Shown piece by piece: positions 47,916 through 58,102 of a DNA stretch of 58,214 bases (positions within the stretch are counted from its first letter, which is position 1; the number at the start of each line of letters is the position of its first letter). Below the pieces are notes generated by a model. It did no database searches, was not told the DNA's origin, and saw only the letters and a program-made list of their open reading frames with translations. The stretch spans positions 1-58,214 of the forward strand of contig SVSW01000004.1 of the NCBI GenBank assembly GCA_015064095.1, given 5' to 3'. This stretch comes from Oscillospiraceae bacterium. GTDB lineage: Bacteria > Bacillota > Clostridia > Oscillospirales > CAG-272. A program made the position numbers and the translations under genes.

Positions 47916-50410
47916 TGTCGCCAATAAAGCAGTACGCAGGGGTCTATATCCTTGACGCACCGTACCACATCGACAAAAAATACGATTATTTTATCCCCTC
48001 CGAGCTATCGGGAGAGATAAAACGGGGGCAGTTCGTCACTTTACCGTTCGGAAATTCCAACAGAAGAATGATCGGAGTGGTGGCAGATGTCCATGAAGGC
48101 GACGAAAATGCAAAGGCAAAGCCTCTTTTTGAGATATGCTCCAGCAAGGTGGCTCTGTCCGATGAGATGCTTGAGCTTTGCCTTTTTTTGAAGGAAAGAA
48201 CGCTTTGCACCTTCGGGGACGCCGTTCACGCGGCTTGTCCGCCGTCGTCGATCGCAAAAACGGTCAAATATTTTTCCGCGACGGAAAAAGAGATAACTGT
48301 CGGAAGCGATCTTTCAAATGACATATTGATAGTTTATGATTTTATCAAAAGAGAGGGCAAGGTGCGAAAGGACGCGCTGATCGCCGCTTTCGGAGATAAA
48401 GCTCAAAACGCAACGCGCCGGTTGAAAACAGCCGGCTTTGTTGTCGAGGTCAGCGAGGTCCACGAGGGCGTCGGCGCAAAATACGAAAAGTATTGGTCGC
48501 TTGCCGTCACCGATGAGGAAGCACAGGCGATCCTTGAGGGCAGGCCTGTCGGCGAAATGAAAAGAAAGCTCAAAAGCTCGGCAACGCTTGATGTTATTGC
48601 CTCCTTGCTGGGAGGTAAAGAGACCTCGGAGCGCGAGCTTTGCGAGCAGTTTTCGGTCAGTGCAGCACAGCTCAAATCGCTTGGCGACAAAGGGATCTTA
48701 AAGCTTGACAGAAAGCAGGTATTCAGAAATCCGTATGCCGATATAGAGGTCAAAAAGACCGAATACCGCCCGAACGACGAGCAAAGGGCGGCGATAGATA
48801 CGCTCACACCGCTGATCGAGGACAAAAAGCCGCACGGCGCACTGCTTTACGGTGTGACGGGGTCGGGCAAAACGGGCGTTATCATGGAAATGATCGACAG
48901 AGTGACGAAAATGGGGCGAGGCGCGATAGTGCTTTTGCCAGAGATTGCACTGACGCCGCAGCTGCTTTCGATCTTTTGTGCCCGTTACGGTGACCGCGTT
49001 GCGGTGTTTCATTCGAGCCTTTCGGCAGGCGAGCGCCACGATTCTTACACGCGCGTAAAAACGGGTCGTGCCGATATTGCGATCGGCACGCGCTCCGTAA
49101 TATTTGCTCCGATGGAAAATATAGGAATCATCGTCATGGACGAGGAGCAGGAGCATACCTACAAATCGGACATGAGCCCGAAATATCATGCACGCGACAT
49201 AGCAAGATGGAGATGTGCGCGACACGGAGCGCTTATGCTGCTTGCGTCGGCAACGCCGTCGGTCGAGAGCTATAAAAAAGCGGTCGACGGGGTTTATACG
49301 CTTGTAAAGCTCACGGGTCGCTACGGCGATGCAAAGCTCCCCGACGTCGATATATACGATATGAGGCAGGAGGCGAGCCGAGGGAACACTTCGCCGATCG
49401 GCACCTCTCTTGCGCATGAGCTTGTGCGAACGTATGAGGCAGGGGAGCAGTCGGTGCTGTTTTTAAACCGCCGCGGCTACAATAATTTTGCCAGCTGCGT
49501 TGAGTGCGGATCGGCGGTCAAATGCACGCGTTGCTCGGTCGCCATGACCTATCACACGAACGGACACGGTTATGAAAACGGAGAGCTTGTCTGCCATTGG
49601 TGCGGAAAGCGTATGCCGATGCCAAAGACCTGTCCCGAATGCGGAAGCACTCACCTGACGCGTATCGGCTACGGCACGCAGAGGGTCGAGCAGGAGCTTT
49701 CGGCCATCTTGCCCGATGCCGAGATCGTCAGACTTGACGCGGATTCCACGGGAGAAAAATTCTCAATGGACGAGCTTCTCGCAAAATTCAGGGAAGGCAA
49801 GGCAGATATCATGCTCGGCACGCAAATGGTGACGAAGGGTCACGATTTTCCACGTGTCACGCTTGTCGGCGTTTTGCTTGCCGATATGTCGCTCTATCTT
49901 GACGATTACAGAGCAAACGAACGAACTTTTGCAATGCTCACGCAGGTCATAGGCCGTGCGGGGCGTGCCGATCGGTCGGGTCGCGCGATAATTCAAACCA
50001 ATAATCCCGATAACGATATCATAAAGCTCGCTTGCCGTCAAGATTACGATACGTTTTTCGCAGGCGAGATCAAATTGCGCCGCTTGCTCGTATTTCCGCC
50101 GTTTTGCGATATCGTCACGCTCACGCTTTCGTACGGCGACGAGCGAGAGCTTGCACGTGCAACGGCAATGCTTGCAAAAATGCTTCGCGAATCCCTGTCG
50201 GGAGAGTTTTCCGATGTGCCAACGGTCATTTTCGGCCCATTTGAGGCGGCGGTCTATAAGGTCGACGGCAAATTCAGAACGAGAATGGTCATAAAATGCA
50301 AGTTCAATTCAAGAGCGCGAGAGCTTTTTTCGTCAGTGCTCGCAAAATACAGCTCGGGCAGCGCGAAAAAGCCCGCACTTTCGATAGATATAAACCCAAC
50401 TAACTTATAA
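47915..50410 (+). CDS. priA: Primosomal protein N' (replication restart helicase PriA)
   Basis: 831 aa with [19 protein letters not shown], and the Cys-rich zinc region CVECGSAVKCTRC...CHWCG...CPECGS. Confidence 0.93.
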   Translation: MSPIKQYAGVYILDAPYHIDKKYDYFIPSELSGEIKRGQFVTLPFGNSNRRMIGVVADVHEGDENAKAKPLFEICSSKVALSDEMLELCLFLKERTLCTFGDAVHAACPPSSIAKTVKYFSATEKEITVGSDLSNDILIVYDFIKREGKVRKDALIAAFGDKAQNATRRLKTAGFVVEVSEVHEGVGAKYEKYWSLAVTDEEAQAILEGRPVGEMKRKLKSSATLDVIASLLGGKETSERELCEQFSVSAAQLKSLGDKGILKLDRKQVFRNPYADIEVKKTEYRPNDEQRAAIDTLTPLIEDKKPHGALLYGVTGSGKTGVIMEMIDRVTKMGRGAIVLLPEIALTPQLLSIFCARYGDRVAVFHSSLSAGERHDSYTRVKTGRADIAIGTRSVIFAPMENIGIIVMDEEQEHTYKSDMSPKYHARDIARWRCARHGALMLLASATPSVESYKKAVDGVYTLVKLTGRYGDAKLPDVDIYDMRQEASRGNTSPIGTSLAHELVRTYEAGEQSVLFLNRRGYNNFASCVECGSAVKCTRCSVAMTYHTNGHGYENGELVCHWCGKRMPMPKTCPECGSTHLTRIGYGTQRVEQELSAILPDAEIVRLDADSTGEKFSMDELLAKFREGKADIMLGTQMVTKGHDFPRVTLVGVLLADMSLYLDDYRANERTFAMLTQVIGRAGRADRSGRAIIQTNNPDNDIIKLACRQDYDTFFAGEIKLRRLLVFPPFCDIVTLTLSYGDERELARATAMLAKMLRESLSGEFSDVPTVIFGPFEAAVYKVDGKFRTRMVIKCKFNSRARELFSSVLAKYSSGSAKKPALSIDINPTNL

Positions 50411-50423
50411 AAGAGGAAAAACT

Positions 50424-50873
50424 ATGGCAAAGCTTCAGATAAGAAAGGTCGGCGACCCCGTTTTGCGCAAGGTCTGCCGTCCAGTTGATGTAATAAACGA
50501 ACGAGTACTCACTCTGCTTGACGATATGAAGGACACAATGCGCGAGGCGGACGGTTGCGGACTTGCCGCACCTCAGGTCGGCATTTTAAGACGTATTGTG
50601 GTCATTGAAACAGAGGAAAGCGGACTTATTGAGCTTATAAATCCGAAGATCGTAGCACGCGCAGGCGAGCAGGTAGAGGTAGAGGGCTGTTTGTCCGTGC
50701 CGGGAAAATCCGGTGTAACGCATCGCCCGATGCACGTCACCGTGCGCGCGCTTAACAGAAACGGCGAGGAGATCGAGATTCGCGGAAGCGGACTGCTCGC
50801 TCGCGCATTTTGCCATGAGCTTGACCACCTTGACGGCAAGCTTTATATAGACATTGCCGAGGATATACAGTAA
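50424..50873 (+). CDS. def: Peptide deformylase
   Basis: 149 aa with GLAAPQVG, EGCLSVPG and HELDHLDG. Confidence 0.95.
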   Translation: MAKLQIRKVGDPVLRKVCRPVDVINERVLTLLDDMKDTMREADGCGLAAPQVGILRRIVVIETEESGLIELINPKIVARAGEQVEVEGCLSVPGKSGVTHRPMHVTVRALNRNGEEIEIRGSGLLARAFCHELDHLDGKLYIDIAEDIQ

Positions 50874-51814
50874 TGCAGGATATAAAAATTCTTTTCATGG
50901 GGACCCCCGATTTCGCGAACTTTTCGCTTTGTGCGTTGCTCGACGCAGGGCTCAACGTCACGGCTGTCGTAACCCAGCCCGACAAGCCTCGCGGACGAGG
51001 CTATACTCTCACGCCGCCGCCCGTAAAGGTCGAGGCACAGAGCCGAGGGATAGCGGTCTATCAGCCGCAGACCTTGAAAGGCGAGGAATTTGCCGCGCTG
51101 CTTTCGGAGCTTGCGCCCGATATGATAATCGTTGCGGCTTACGGCAAGATCCTGCCGAAAAACGTGATTGATTACCCGAAATTCGGCTGTATAAACGTTC
51201 ACGGCTCGTATCTGCCGCAGTACCGCGGCGCAGCACCGATGCAGCGAGCGATCATTGACGGCAACGAAAATACCGGTGTTACTATCATGAAAATGGACGT
51301 CGGACTTGACACGGGTGATATGATCGCTCGCGAGCTGATCCCGATCGGCGAGGACGATAATTTTGAAACAATGCATGATAAGATAGGCAAGATCGGTGCC
51401 GAACTTCTCGCTAAGACGGTGAAAAAGATCGTCGACGGCGAGGCGGTGTACGAAAAGCAGAATGATGCCGAGGCGAATTATGCCGCAAAGATCGAAAAGG
51501 CGGATTGCGTGCTTGATTTTTCGAAAAGCGCAAAGCAGGTCCACGATCTTGTGCGCGGACTTTCGCCGATCCCACTTGCATTCACCCACACGCCGGACGG
51601 AAAGCTTTTGAAGGTCATCTCCGCTAAAAGAACGGGTAAAAGGACGGAAAAAGCCGCAGGAACCGTCGTATCGACAGATGGGGGTATTGAGGTCGCTTGC
51701 GGCGACGGGGAAACTCTGAAAATACTCCGAGTTTTGCCTGAGGGACGCTCGAAAATGGACGCCGAGGCATTTGTTCGCGGACGCGGTGTCGCCGCAGGGG
51801 ACGTTCTTTCATGA
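50873..51814 (+). CDS. fmt: Methionyl-tRNA formyltransferase
   Basis: 313 aa with ILFMGTPDFA and NVHGSYLPQYRGAAPMQ. Confidence 0.95.
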   Translation: MQDIKILFMGTPDFANFSLCALLDAGLNVTAVVTQPDKPRGRGYTLTPPPVKVEAQSRGIAVYQPQTLKGEEFAALLSELAPDMIIVAAYGKILPKNVIDYPKFGCINVHGSYLPQYRGAAPMQRAIIDGNENTGVTIMKMDVGLDTGDMIARELIPIGEDDNFETMHDKIGKIGAELLAKTVKKIVDGEAVYEKQNDAEANYAAKIEKADCVLDFSKSAKQVHDLVRGLSPIPLAFTHTPDGKLLKVISAKRTGKRTEKAAGTVVSTDGGIEVACGDGETLKILRVLPEGRSKMDAEAFVRGRGVAAGDVLS

Positions 51815-53109
51815 ATGCGCCAAAAACCGCGAGAGCGCTTGCGCTTCGCGTACTTTTAAAATGCGAAAACGAGGGCGGATATTCAAATCTTGCGCTTGAC
51901 ACGGAGCTGAAGAAAAGCACGCTTGACCGCGCTGACCGAGCGCTTGTAACCGAGCTTGTTTTCGGCGTTATTGAGCGCAGAATAACGCTTGATTATTATA
52001 TTTCAAAGCTCGCAAAATTAAAGGATATCGAGCCGCGGGTCTTAACTCTCATTCGGCTCGGAATATATCAGCTGGCGTTCCTTGACCGCGTGCCGCCATA
52101 CGCCGCCGTCAATGAGAGCGTCAGCCTTGCGCCGAAGCGTGCACGCGGCTTTGTAAACGCCGTTTTACGTTCGTTCATGCGTCTTGACGCACTCCCCGAG
52201 CCGCCGAGCGATCCTATGGGCAGACTTTCTGTATTGTATTCGTATCCGACGGAGCTTTGTGCGCTGTTTTGCACCGAATTCGGTGAAAAAAGGGCAGAGA
52301 GTATTCTTGCCGCTATGAACGGAAGACCGCCTGTTACATTGCGTGTAAACACACTGAAAACCGACCGCGATGCGGTGAAAAAATATCTTTTTGACGAAGG
52401 TATTGAAGCCGAAAACACAGCGGTCTCTCCGGTCGGTCTGAATGTCGAAAAGGGGGCTGTTGCAAGTCTTTCGGGATTTGCTAAGGGGGATTTTTTCGTT
52501 CAGGACGAGGCGTCGCAGATATGTGCCTTTGCGCTCGGAGCTATGCCCGGCGAGCTTATAATCGACACCTGCTCAGCGCCCGGTTCAAAGAGCTTTTCGG
52601 CAGCGATAAACATGAAAAACGAGGGCAGGATAATCTCCTGCGATCTGCATAAAAACAAGCTCTCTTTGATCGAAAACGGAGCGAAAAGGCTAGGTATTTC
52701 TATAATTGACACCGTCGCGCACGACGCGCGCGAGCCGATATCGGAATTCATCGGGAAAGCGGACCGCGTGATATGCGACGTGCCGTGCTCGGGCTTCGGA
52801 GTGATAGGAAAAAAGCCCGAAATTCGTTATAAAAACGTTGCAGATACCGAAAATCTGCCTAAAATACAGTACGATATTTTGAACGCCGCCGCGAAATATT
52901 TGAAAAACGGCGGAACGCTTGTATATTCGACCTGCACGGTGCTTGACCGTGAAAACGGCGCTAACGTGCGCAGGTTCCTTAAGGAAAACCCGGATTTTTA
53001 TCTTGAGGATTTTTCGGTTGGGAACAAAAAATTCGACGCGATGACTACGCTTTTGCCCGATACGGAAAAAACGGACGGATTTTTCATCGCACACATGAGG
53101 AAAAAATAA
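51811..53109 (+). CDS. rsmB: 16S rRNA (cytosine967-C5)-methyltransferase
   Basis: 432 aa with a NusB-like N-domain, DTCSAPGSKS, DVPCSGFGVIGKKPE and YSTCT. Confidence 0.9.
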   Translation: MNAPKTARALALRVLLKCENEGGYSNLALDTELKKSTLDRADRALVTELVFGVIERRITLDYYISKLAKLKDIEPRVLTLIRLGIYQLAFLDRVPPYAAVNESVSLAPKRARGFVNAVLRSFMRLDALPEPPSDPMGRLSVLYSYPTELCALFCTEFGEKRAESILAAMNGRPPVTLRVNTLKTDRDAVKKYLFDEGIEAENTAVSPVGLNVEKGAVASLSGFAKGDFFVQDEASQICAFALGAMPGELIIDTCSAPGSKSFSAAINMKNEGRIISCDLHKNKLSLIENGAKRLGISIIDTVAHDAREPISEFIGKADRVICDVPCSGFGVIGKKPEIRYKNVADTENLPKIQYDILNAAAKYLKNGGTLVYSTCTVLDRENGANVRRFLKENPDFYLEDFSVGNKKFDAMTTLLPDTEKTDGFFIAHMRKK

Positions 53110-53110
53110 G

Positions 53111-54163
53111 ATGGCAGAAAAAAAGCTCGAGCTGCTCTCGCTCGATGAAAATGAGCTGACGGAGCTCGTTTTGTCGATCGGCGAGCCGCGCTATCGTGCA
53201 AAGCAGCTGTTTTCGCAGCTACAAAGCGGTGTTGCGCCTGAGGAGATGACGAATATCGGCAAGGCAACGAAAGAAAAGCTTGCCGAGGTTTCGTATTTCC
53301 ATTTACCGCAGGTAAAGCGGAAGCTCGTTTCGGCGATCGACGGAACGGTGAAATACCTTTTTGAGCTTGCGGACGGCAACTGTGTTGAAAGCGTACTTAT
53401 GAATTATCACCACGGGATAACGATCTGCATTTCCTCGCAGGTCGGCTGTCGAATGGGGTGTAAATTTTGCGCATCGACGATCGGCGGCCGCGTCCGCGAT
53501 CTGACGGCGGGCGAGCTTGTCGGACAAGTCATCGCCGCGTCGCGCGATACGGGCAAAAGGATCTCAAACATCGTTATGATGGGTATTGGCGAGCCGCTTG
53601 ATAATTTTAGAAACGTCGTCAAGTTTTTACGGCTCGTAAACGCAGAGAACGGCGTAGGGATAGGATATCGCCACATTTCGCTCTCAACGTGCGGACTTTG
53701 CGATAAAATAGACGCTCTTGCGTCGGAAAATATTCCACTGACGCTTTCGATCTCTCTCCACGCGGCAACCGACGAAAAACGCTCGGCGATCATGCCCGTG
53801 AATAAAAAATACGGAATTTCCGACTTGCTCGCCGCCTGTCGGCGCTATTATGAAAAAACGGGACGCCGTATATCCTTTGAATACACGCTTATCGAGGGTC
53901 AAAACGACTCGGCGGCAGACGCAGAAAAGCTTGCGCAGGTCTTGAATTCCGCGCTGCGTTCAAAGAAGGACACAATGCCGATACATGTCAATTTGATACC
54001 CGTCAATGAAGTTAAAGAAACGGGCTGCTGCCCACCGAGCAAGGCCGCAATATCAGCATTTGCCACAGCCCTTGAAAAGCGCGGAATCCGCGCAACGGTG
54101 CGCCGCACCCTCGGACCCGATATCAATGCATCGTGCGGTCAACTCCGCGCAGAGGAAAGTTAA
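53111..54163 (+). CDS. rlmN: 23S rRNA/tRNA (adenine-C2)-methyltransferase RlmN
   Basis: 350 aa with the radical SAM motif GCRMGCKFCAST and MGIGEPLDN. Confidence 0.93.
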   Translation: MAEKKLELLSLDENELTELVLSIGEPRYRAKQLFSQLQSGVAPEEMTNIGKATKEKLAEVSYFHLPQVKRKLVSAIDGTVKYLFELADGNCVESVLMNYHHGITICISSQVGCRMGCKFCASTIGGRVRDLTAGELVGQVIAASRDTGKRISNIVMMGIGEPLDNFRNVVKFLRLVNAENGVGIGYRHISLSTCGLCDKIDALASENIPLTLSISLHAATDEKRSAIMPVNKKYGISDLLAACRRYYEKTGRRISFEYTLIEGQNDSAADAEKLAQVLNSALRSKKDTMPIHVNLIPVNEVKETGCCPPSKAAISAFATALEKRGIRATVRRTLGPDINASCGQLRAEES

Positions 54164-54167
54164 AACT

Positions 54168-54932
54168 ATGATTTACTGTTCAAAAACCGATATAGGAAAA
54201 AAACGCGACAAGAACGAGGATACTGCTGTCGCTTGCCGACTTGCCGAAAACGCCTTGATCATTGCCGTGTTTGACGGCATGGGCGGTCAGGCGGGCGGAG
54301 AGATCGCATCGTCTGTTGCTGCGGAAGGCTTTCTTTCCGAGATAAAATATCAGTGCGAGTCGAGAATAAGGGACGGAAGGCTCTATTTTGCCGACCCCGA
54401 AACCGAGATTTCGATGCTGCTCGACAGCGCTGCCGCCAATGCGAACTATCAGGTCTGGCAGCGCGCGCAGGACGACAAGTCTTTGTCGGGAATGGGCACG
54501 ACTCTGACCGGCGCGCTCGTTTTTGAGGACGAAAGAAAGGCGTATACGGTCAATATCGGAGACAGCCGGATATATAAAATAAGTTCGGACGGTATATCTC
54601 AGCTCACAAAGGATCATTCATACGTTCAGTATCTTGTCGATATCGGTGAGATAACGGAAAAAGAGGCGCAGAGCCGCACGGATAAAAACATAATCACTCG
54701 CGCGCTTGGCATTTCGATCCGCGCAGAGGTCGATATAAAAGAAGAAGAGCTTCTTCTCGGAGATAGCTTGCTTTTTTGCTCGGACGGGCTTTATGACATG
54801 ATCTCAGATAACGATATATCTGCGGTCTTAAGATCTGATGGCACGCTTGATGCGCGCGCTGAAAGCCTTATCGAGCTTGCGAACGAAGCCGGCGGCGAGG
54901 ACAACATAACCGTCGTTGTCGCGGAGATGTAG
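54168..54932 (+). CDS. prpC: PP2C-family Ser/Thr phosphatase (Stp/PrpC)
   Basis: The listed ORF (54006) was trimmed to ATG 54168, after the rlmN stop. It carries DIGKKRDKNED, DGMGGQAGGEIAS and GGEDNITVVV. Confidence 0.9.
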   Translation: MIYCSKTDIGKKRDKNEDTAVACRLAENALIIAVFDGMGGQAGGEIASSVAAEGFLSEIKYQCESRIRDGRLYFADPETEISMLLDSAAANANYQVWQRAQDDKSLSGMGTTLTGALVFEDERKAYTVNIGDSRIYKISSDGISQLTKDHSYVQYLVDIGEITEKEAQSRTDKNIITRALGISIRAEVDIKEEELLLGDSLLFCSDGLYDMISDNDISAVLRSDGTLDARAESLIELANEAGGEDNITVVVAEM

Positions 54933-54935
54933 TTT

Positions 54936-56393
54936 ATGGAGAGAAAAGATATTCTTGTCGACCGAGTACTCGGCGGAAGATATAAAATAATAAACGTTGT
55001 CGGAGAGGGCGGCATGGCTGTGGTATACGGCGCTTATGACCTAAAAGAGCATAAGACCGTGGCAGTCAAGGTGCTGCGTCACGACAGTGAGGGCGTGAAA
55101 AACGGCACGGAAAGTGCCGAGAGCGCCGAACGCCGTTTTGTTACTGAGGCTGCAACCATGCAATGTCTCTCACACAAAAACATAGTTCGCGTTCTTGATA
55201 GCGCAATAAGGGAAAAGGACGAAATAAAGTATTTCGTCATGGAGTATATAGAGGCGAACACGCTCAAAAACATGATAGCAAATTACGGCGCGCTTGAAAG
55301 CCGAGATGTTTTGCTGCTTGCAAAACAGATCCTTTTAGCGCTCGTACACACGCACTCGCAAGGAGTTTTGCACTGTGACATAAAGCCGCAAAATATAATG
55401 CTCTTGTCTGACGGCGGAATAAAGCTGACGGATTTCGGTATTGCGAGATTTATCAACAGCGAGGAGAACCGCGAGTCAGATATTGCCGTTGGTACTGTGT
55501 ACTACATAAGTCCCGAGCAGGCATCGGGCAAGCCTCTTGACGCGCGCAGCGATCTGTATTCGCTCGGTGTCATGATGTATGAAATGGCAACGGGCAGACT
55601 GCCTTTTAACCATGACGACCCTCAAAAGGTCGCAAAAATGCAAATAAACGACACGCCTCGCCGACCAAGATCGATAAATCCGAGGATCTCGAAGGGTCTT
55701 GAGCAGATAATTCTGCACGCTATGGAAAAGCACGCGTTTATGCGTTACCCAGACGCGAAGCATATGCTTTCCGCAGTTCAGGCTTTGATCGACGATGAGG
55801 ATATAGTTTTCGATTACGGCAACGAATTGCCCGATCCGAAACGCAGAAATGAAGTAAAAGAGCCGGATCGCGGCATGAACGGCAAGCTGATCGCCGTTTT
55901 CGGCGCGGCATGCGCGTTTCTTATCGTCCTCGCCGTCAGTGCCGTGATATTTGTCAGCTTGCTTTCCTCAAACGCGGCAAGTGCCGTTATCATGCCCGAG
56001 CTTGTCGGTGAAAAATGGCTGGGAGCCGCCGCCGCAGGGCTTGGGGGCGAGCGGTGCGAGATAAAGATCGAATATGTGGTCGATACGGGACTTGAAGAAA
56101 ATACTGTCATGTCGCAAAGCGTTAAGGCGGGCACAAAAAAAACGGCAAGCGAGGCAGATCCGTTTCGGGTCACCTTGCGCGTCAGCCGAAAGAGCGATCG
56201 GCTTACGATGGGCGATTATTTTATGCTGAATAAAGATGACGCCATCAAAAAGCTTGAAAATCTCGGCTTTTCCGTACGCGTTGAGTATGTGAATACGGAC
56301 GAGCTTTACCGAGGCCGCGTGAAGTCCACTCAGCCGTCTGCGGGCAGCGAAACACGTATCGGTGACGAAATAATAATAACTGTCGGAAAATAA
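54936..56393 (+). CDS. prkC: Ser/Thr protein kinase with a TM helix and C-terminal PASTA-like repeats (PrkC/PknB)
   Basis: 485 aa with GEGGMAVVY, HCDIKPQNIML and DFGIAR. A TM segment LIAVFGAACAFLIVLAVSAVIFV is followed by two roughly 65-aa repeats. Confidence 0.9.
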   Translation: MERKDILVDRVLGGRYKIINVVGEGGMAVVYGAYDLKEHKTVAVKVLRHDSEGVKNGTESAESAERRFVTEAATMQCLSHKNIVRVLDSAIREKDEIKYFVMEYIEANTLKNMIANYGALESRDVLLLAKQILLALVHTHSQGVLHCDIKPQNIMLLSDGGIKLTDFGIARFINSEENRESDIAVGTVYYISPEQASGKPLDARSDLYSLGVMMYEMATGRLPFNHDDPQKVAKMQINDTPRRPRSINPRISKGLEQIILHAMEKHAFMRYPDAKHMLSAVQALIDDEDIVFDYGNELPDPKRRNEVKEPDRGMNGKLIAVFGAACAFLIVLAVSAVIFVSLLSSNAASAVIMPELVGEKWLGAAAAGLGGERCEIKIEYVVDTGLEENTVMSQSVKAGTKKTASEADPFRVTLRVSRKSDRLTMGDYFMLNKDDAIKKLENLGFSVRVEYVNTDELYRGRVKSTQPSAGSETRIGDEIIITVGK

Positions 56394-56394
56394 T

Positions 56395-57372
56395 ATGGAA
56401 TTTAAGGAACAAGGAATAATCAAGAAGGTCACGGGCGGGCTTTACACGATCGAGCTCGGCTCGCAGAGAAAAACTCCGCTTTCGGGGCAGACTGTGTGCT
56501 GCCGCGCGCGTGGAGCGTTTCGCCACGCGAAGATGTCACCGCTTGTTGGAGATAGGGTCGAGGTCAGATATACCGATCACTCGTTTTCGGAAAGCGGAGA
56601 TAAAATAACCGTATCACCCGAATGGGCGGATATCATGATCGGCGCGATCGGTGAGCGCAAAAATGCTTTGATCCGTCCGCCGATGGCAAATCTTGAGCTG
56701 ATGTTCGTAACGCTCGCATCGGCGTCCCCCGAGCCGTCGCTCCTTGTTACGGACAAGCTTATCGCGATAGCGGAGTATAACGGAATTGAGCCGATAATCG
56801 TTGTCGGTAAGGGCGAGCTTTCGGAGAATGTTGCAAAAGAGATCAAAGAAATATACGAAAAAGCAGGATATCCCGTTTACGTTTTGAGTTGTAAAACGGG
56901 TGAGGGTGTCGATGCTTTTCGCACCGCTGTCCGTGAAAAGCTGAAAGGTAAGATCGCCGCATTTGCAGGGGCATCGGGCGTTGGAAAATCTACTCTTATG
57001 AACACGCTGTTCCCGGGGCTGGGGCTTGGAACGGGTGATGTCAGCCGTAAGACCGAGCGCGGAAAGCAGACAACGAGAACGGTTGAGCTTTTTTCAGCCG
57101 AGGGTGGCTATATCGCCGACACACCGGGCTTCAGTATGCTCGATTTCGAAAGATTTGATTTCTTTTCGAAGGAGGATCTGCCCGAAACCTTCCGCGAATT
57201 CCGTGAATCGCTCGGCGAGTGCAAATACAAAAAATGCACCCACCTCTGCGAGGACGGGTGCGCCATCGTAGAGCGCGTTCGGCGCGGTGAGATCTCAGTG
57301 TCGCGACACGAAAGCTACCGCGAGCTTTATTCGGTACTGAAAAATAAACACGATTGGGATAATAAACAATGA
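56395..57372 (+). CDS. rsgA: Ribosome small-subunit-dependent GTPase A
   Basis: 325 aa with GASGVGKSTLMN, DTPGF and the zinc cluster CKYKKCTHLCEDGC. Confidence 0.92.
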   Translation: MEFKEQGIIKKVTGGLYTIELGSQRKTPLSGQTVCCRARGAFRHAKMSPLVGDRVEVRYTDHSFSESGDKITVSPEWADIMIGAIGERKNALIRPPMANLELMFVTLASASPEPSLLVTDKLIAIAEYNGIEPIIVVGKGELSENVAKEIKEIYEKAGYPVYVLSCKTGEGVDAFRTAVREKLKGKIAAFAGASGVGKSTLMNTLFPGLGLGTGDVSRKTERGKQTTRTVELFSAEGGYIADTPGFSMLDFERFDFFSKEDLPETFREFRESLGECKYKKCTHLCEDGCAIVERVRRGEISVSRHESYRELYSVLKNKHDWDNKQ

Positions 57373-58001
57373 GAGCATATATTTTTGTCGGCGGATCGGT
57401 GAATGCCGATAATATCTTCGTGCGTCCCGAAAAAGACGAGCTTTCTATCGCTGCGGATCAGGGCTACGCTACTGCAAAAGCACTCGGCGCTCGCGTCGAT
57501 CTTTTCGTTGGGGATATGGATTCGTTTGACGGAGAGATCGAAGATGGTATTGAAATAATAAAGCTGAAGCCTGAAAAGGACGTGACCGATACGGAGGCGG
57601 CTTTTGAGCTTGCGATCGGGCGCGGTGCGCGAGAGATACTTATTATCGGTGGGCTTGACGGACGGCTCGACCACACGCTTGCGAATATTTATCTGCTTGA
57701 GGACGCAAAGGGGCGCGGGGTTACTGCTTCGATCGAGGACGGACGCAACCGCGTGCGGTTCATAAGAAACGACAGTGCACTGGTCGTGCGCAGCGGATAC
57801 CGTTATTTCGGACTTTTAGCGGTTGACGAGGTAGTACGCGGTGTCGAGATCGACGGAGCGAAATACAAGCTCAAAAATGCAAAGCTCACGCGCAAAAATG
57901 CGGGCTTTGCGGTCAGTAACGAGATCACGGGCAACTGCGCGTTCATAAATGTCAAAAAGGGCGGCGTGTTTATCGTTGAATCGGAATATAAAAAGGGCTG
58001 A
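57369..58001 (+). CDS. thiN: Thiamine diphosphokinase
   Basis: 210 aa with VGDMDSF, EKDVTDTE and GGLDGRLDHTLANI. It overlaps the rsgA stop by 4 nt. Confidence 0.85.
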   Translation: MRAYIFVGGSVNADNIFVRPEKDELSIAADQGYATAKALGARVDLFVGDMDSFDGEIEDGIEIIKLKPEKDVTDTEAAFELAIGRGAREILIIGGLDGRLDHTLANIYLLEDAKGRGVTASIEDGRNRVRFIRNDSALVVRSGYRYFGLLAVDEVVRGVEIDGAKYKLKNAKLTRKNAGFAVSNEITGNCAFINVKKGGVFIVESEYKKG

Positions 58002-58018
58002 GATCTCAGCCCTTTTTT
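57991..58018 (+). terminator. Rho-independent terminator of the long priA...thiN transcription unit
   Basis: AAAA + GGGCTGA gatc TCAGCCC + TTTTTT. It overlaps the thiN stop. Confidence 0.8.
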
Positions 58019-58070
58019 ATTTGATATGTTAAGAGAGAAGTTAAGAGGTAAGGGGGAAGAGGTAAAAAGT

Positions 58071-58102
58071 AAAAATCCTCGTTCGTAAGAACGAGGATTT
58101 TT
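58071..58102. terminator. Second A/T-flanked hairpin, probably a terminator for a convergent gene beyond the window
   Basis: AAAAA + TCCTCGTTC gtaa GAACGAGGA + TTTTT. Confidence 0.55.
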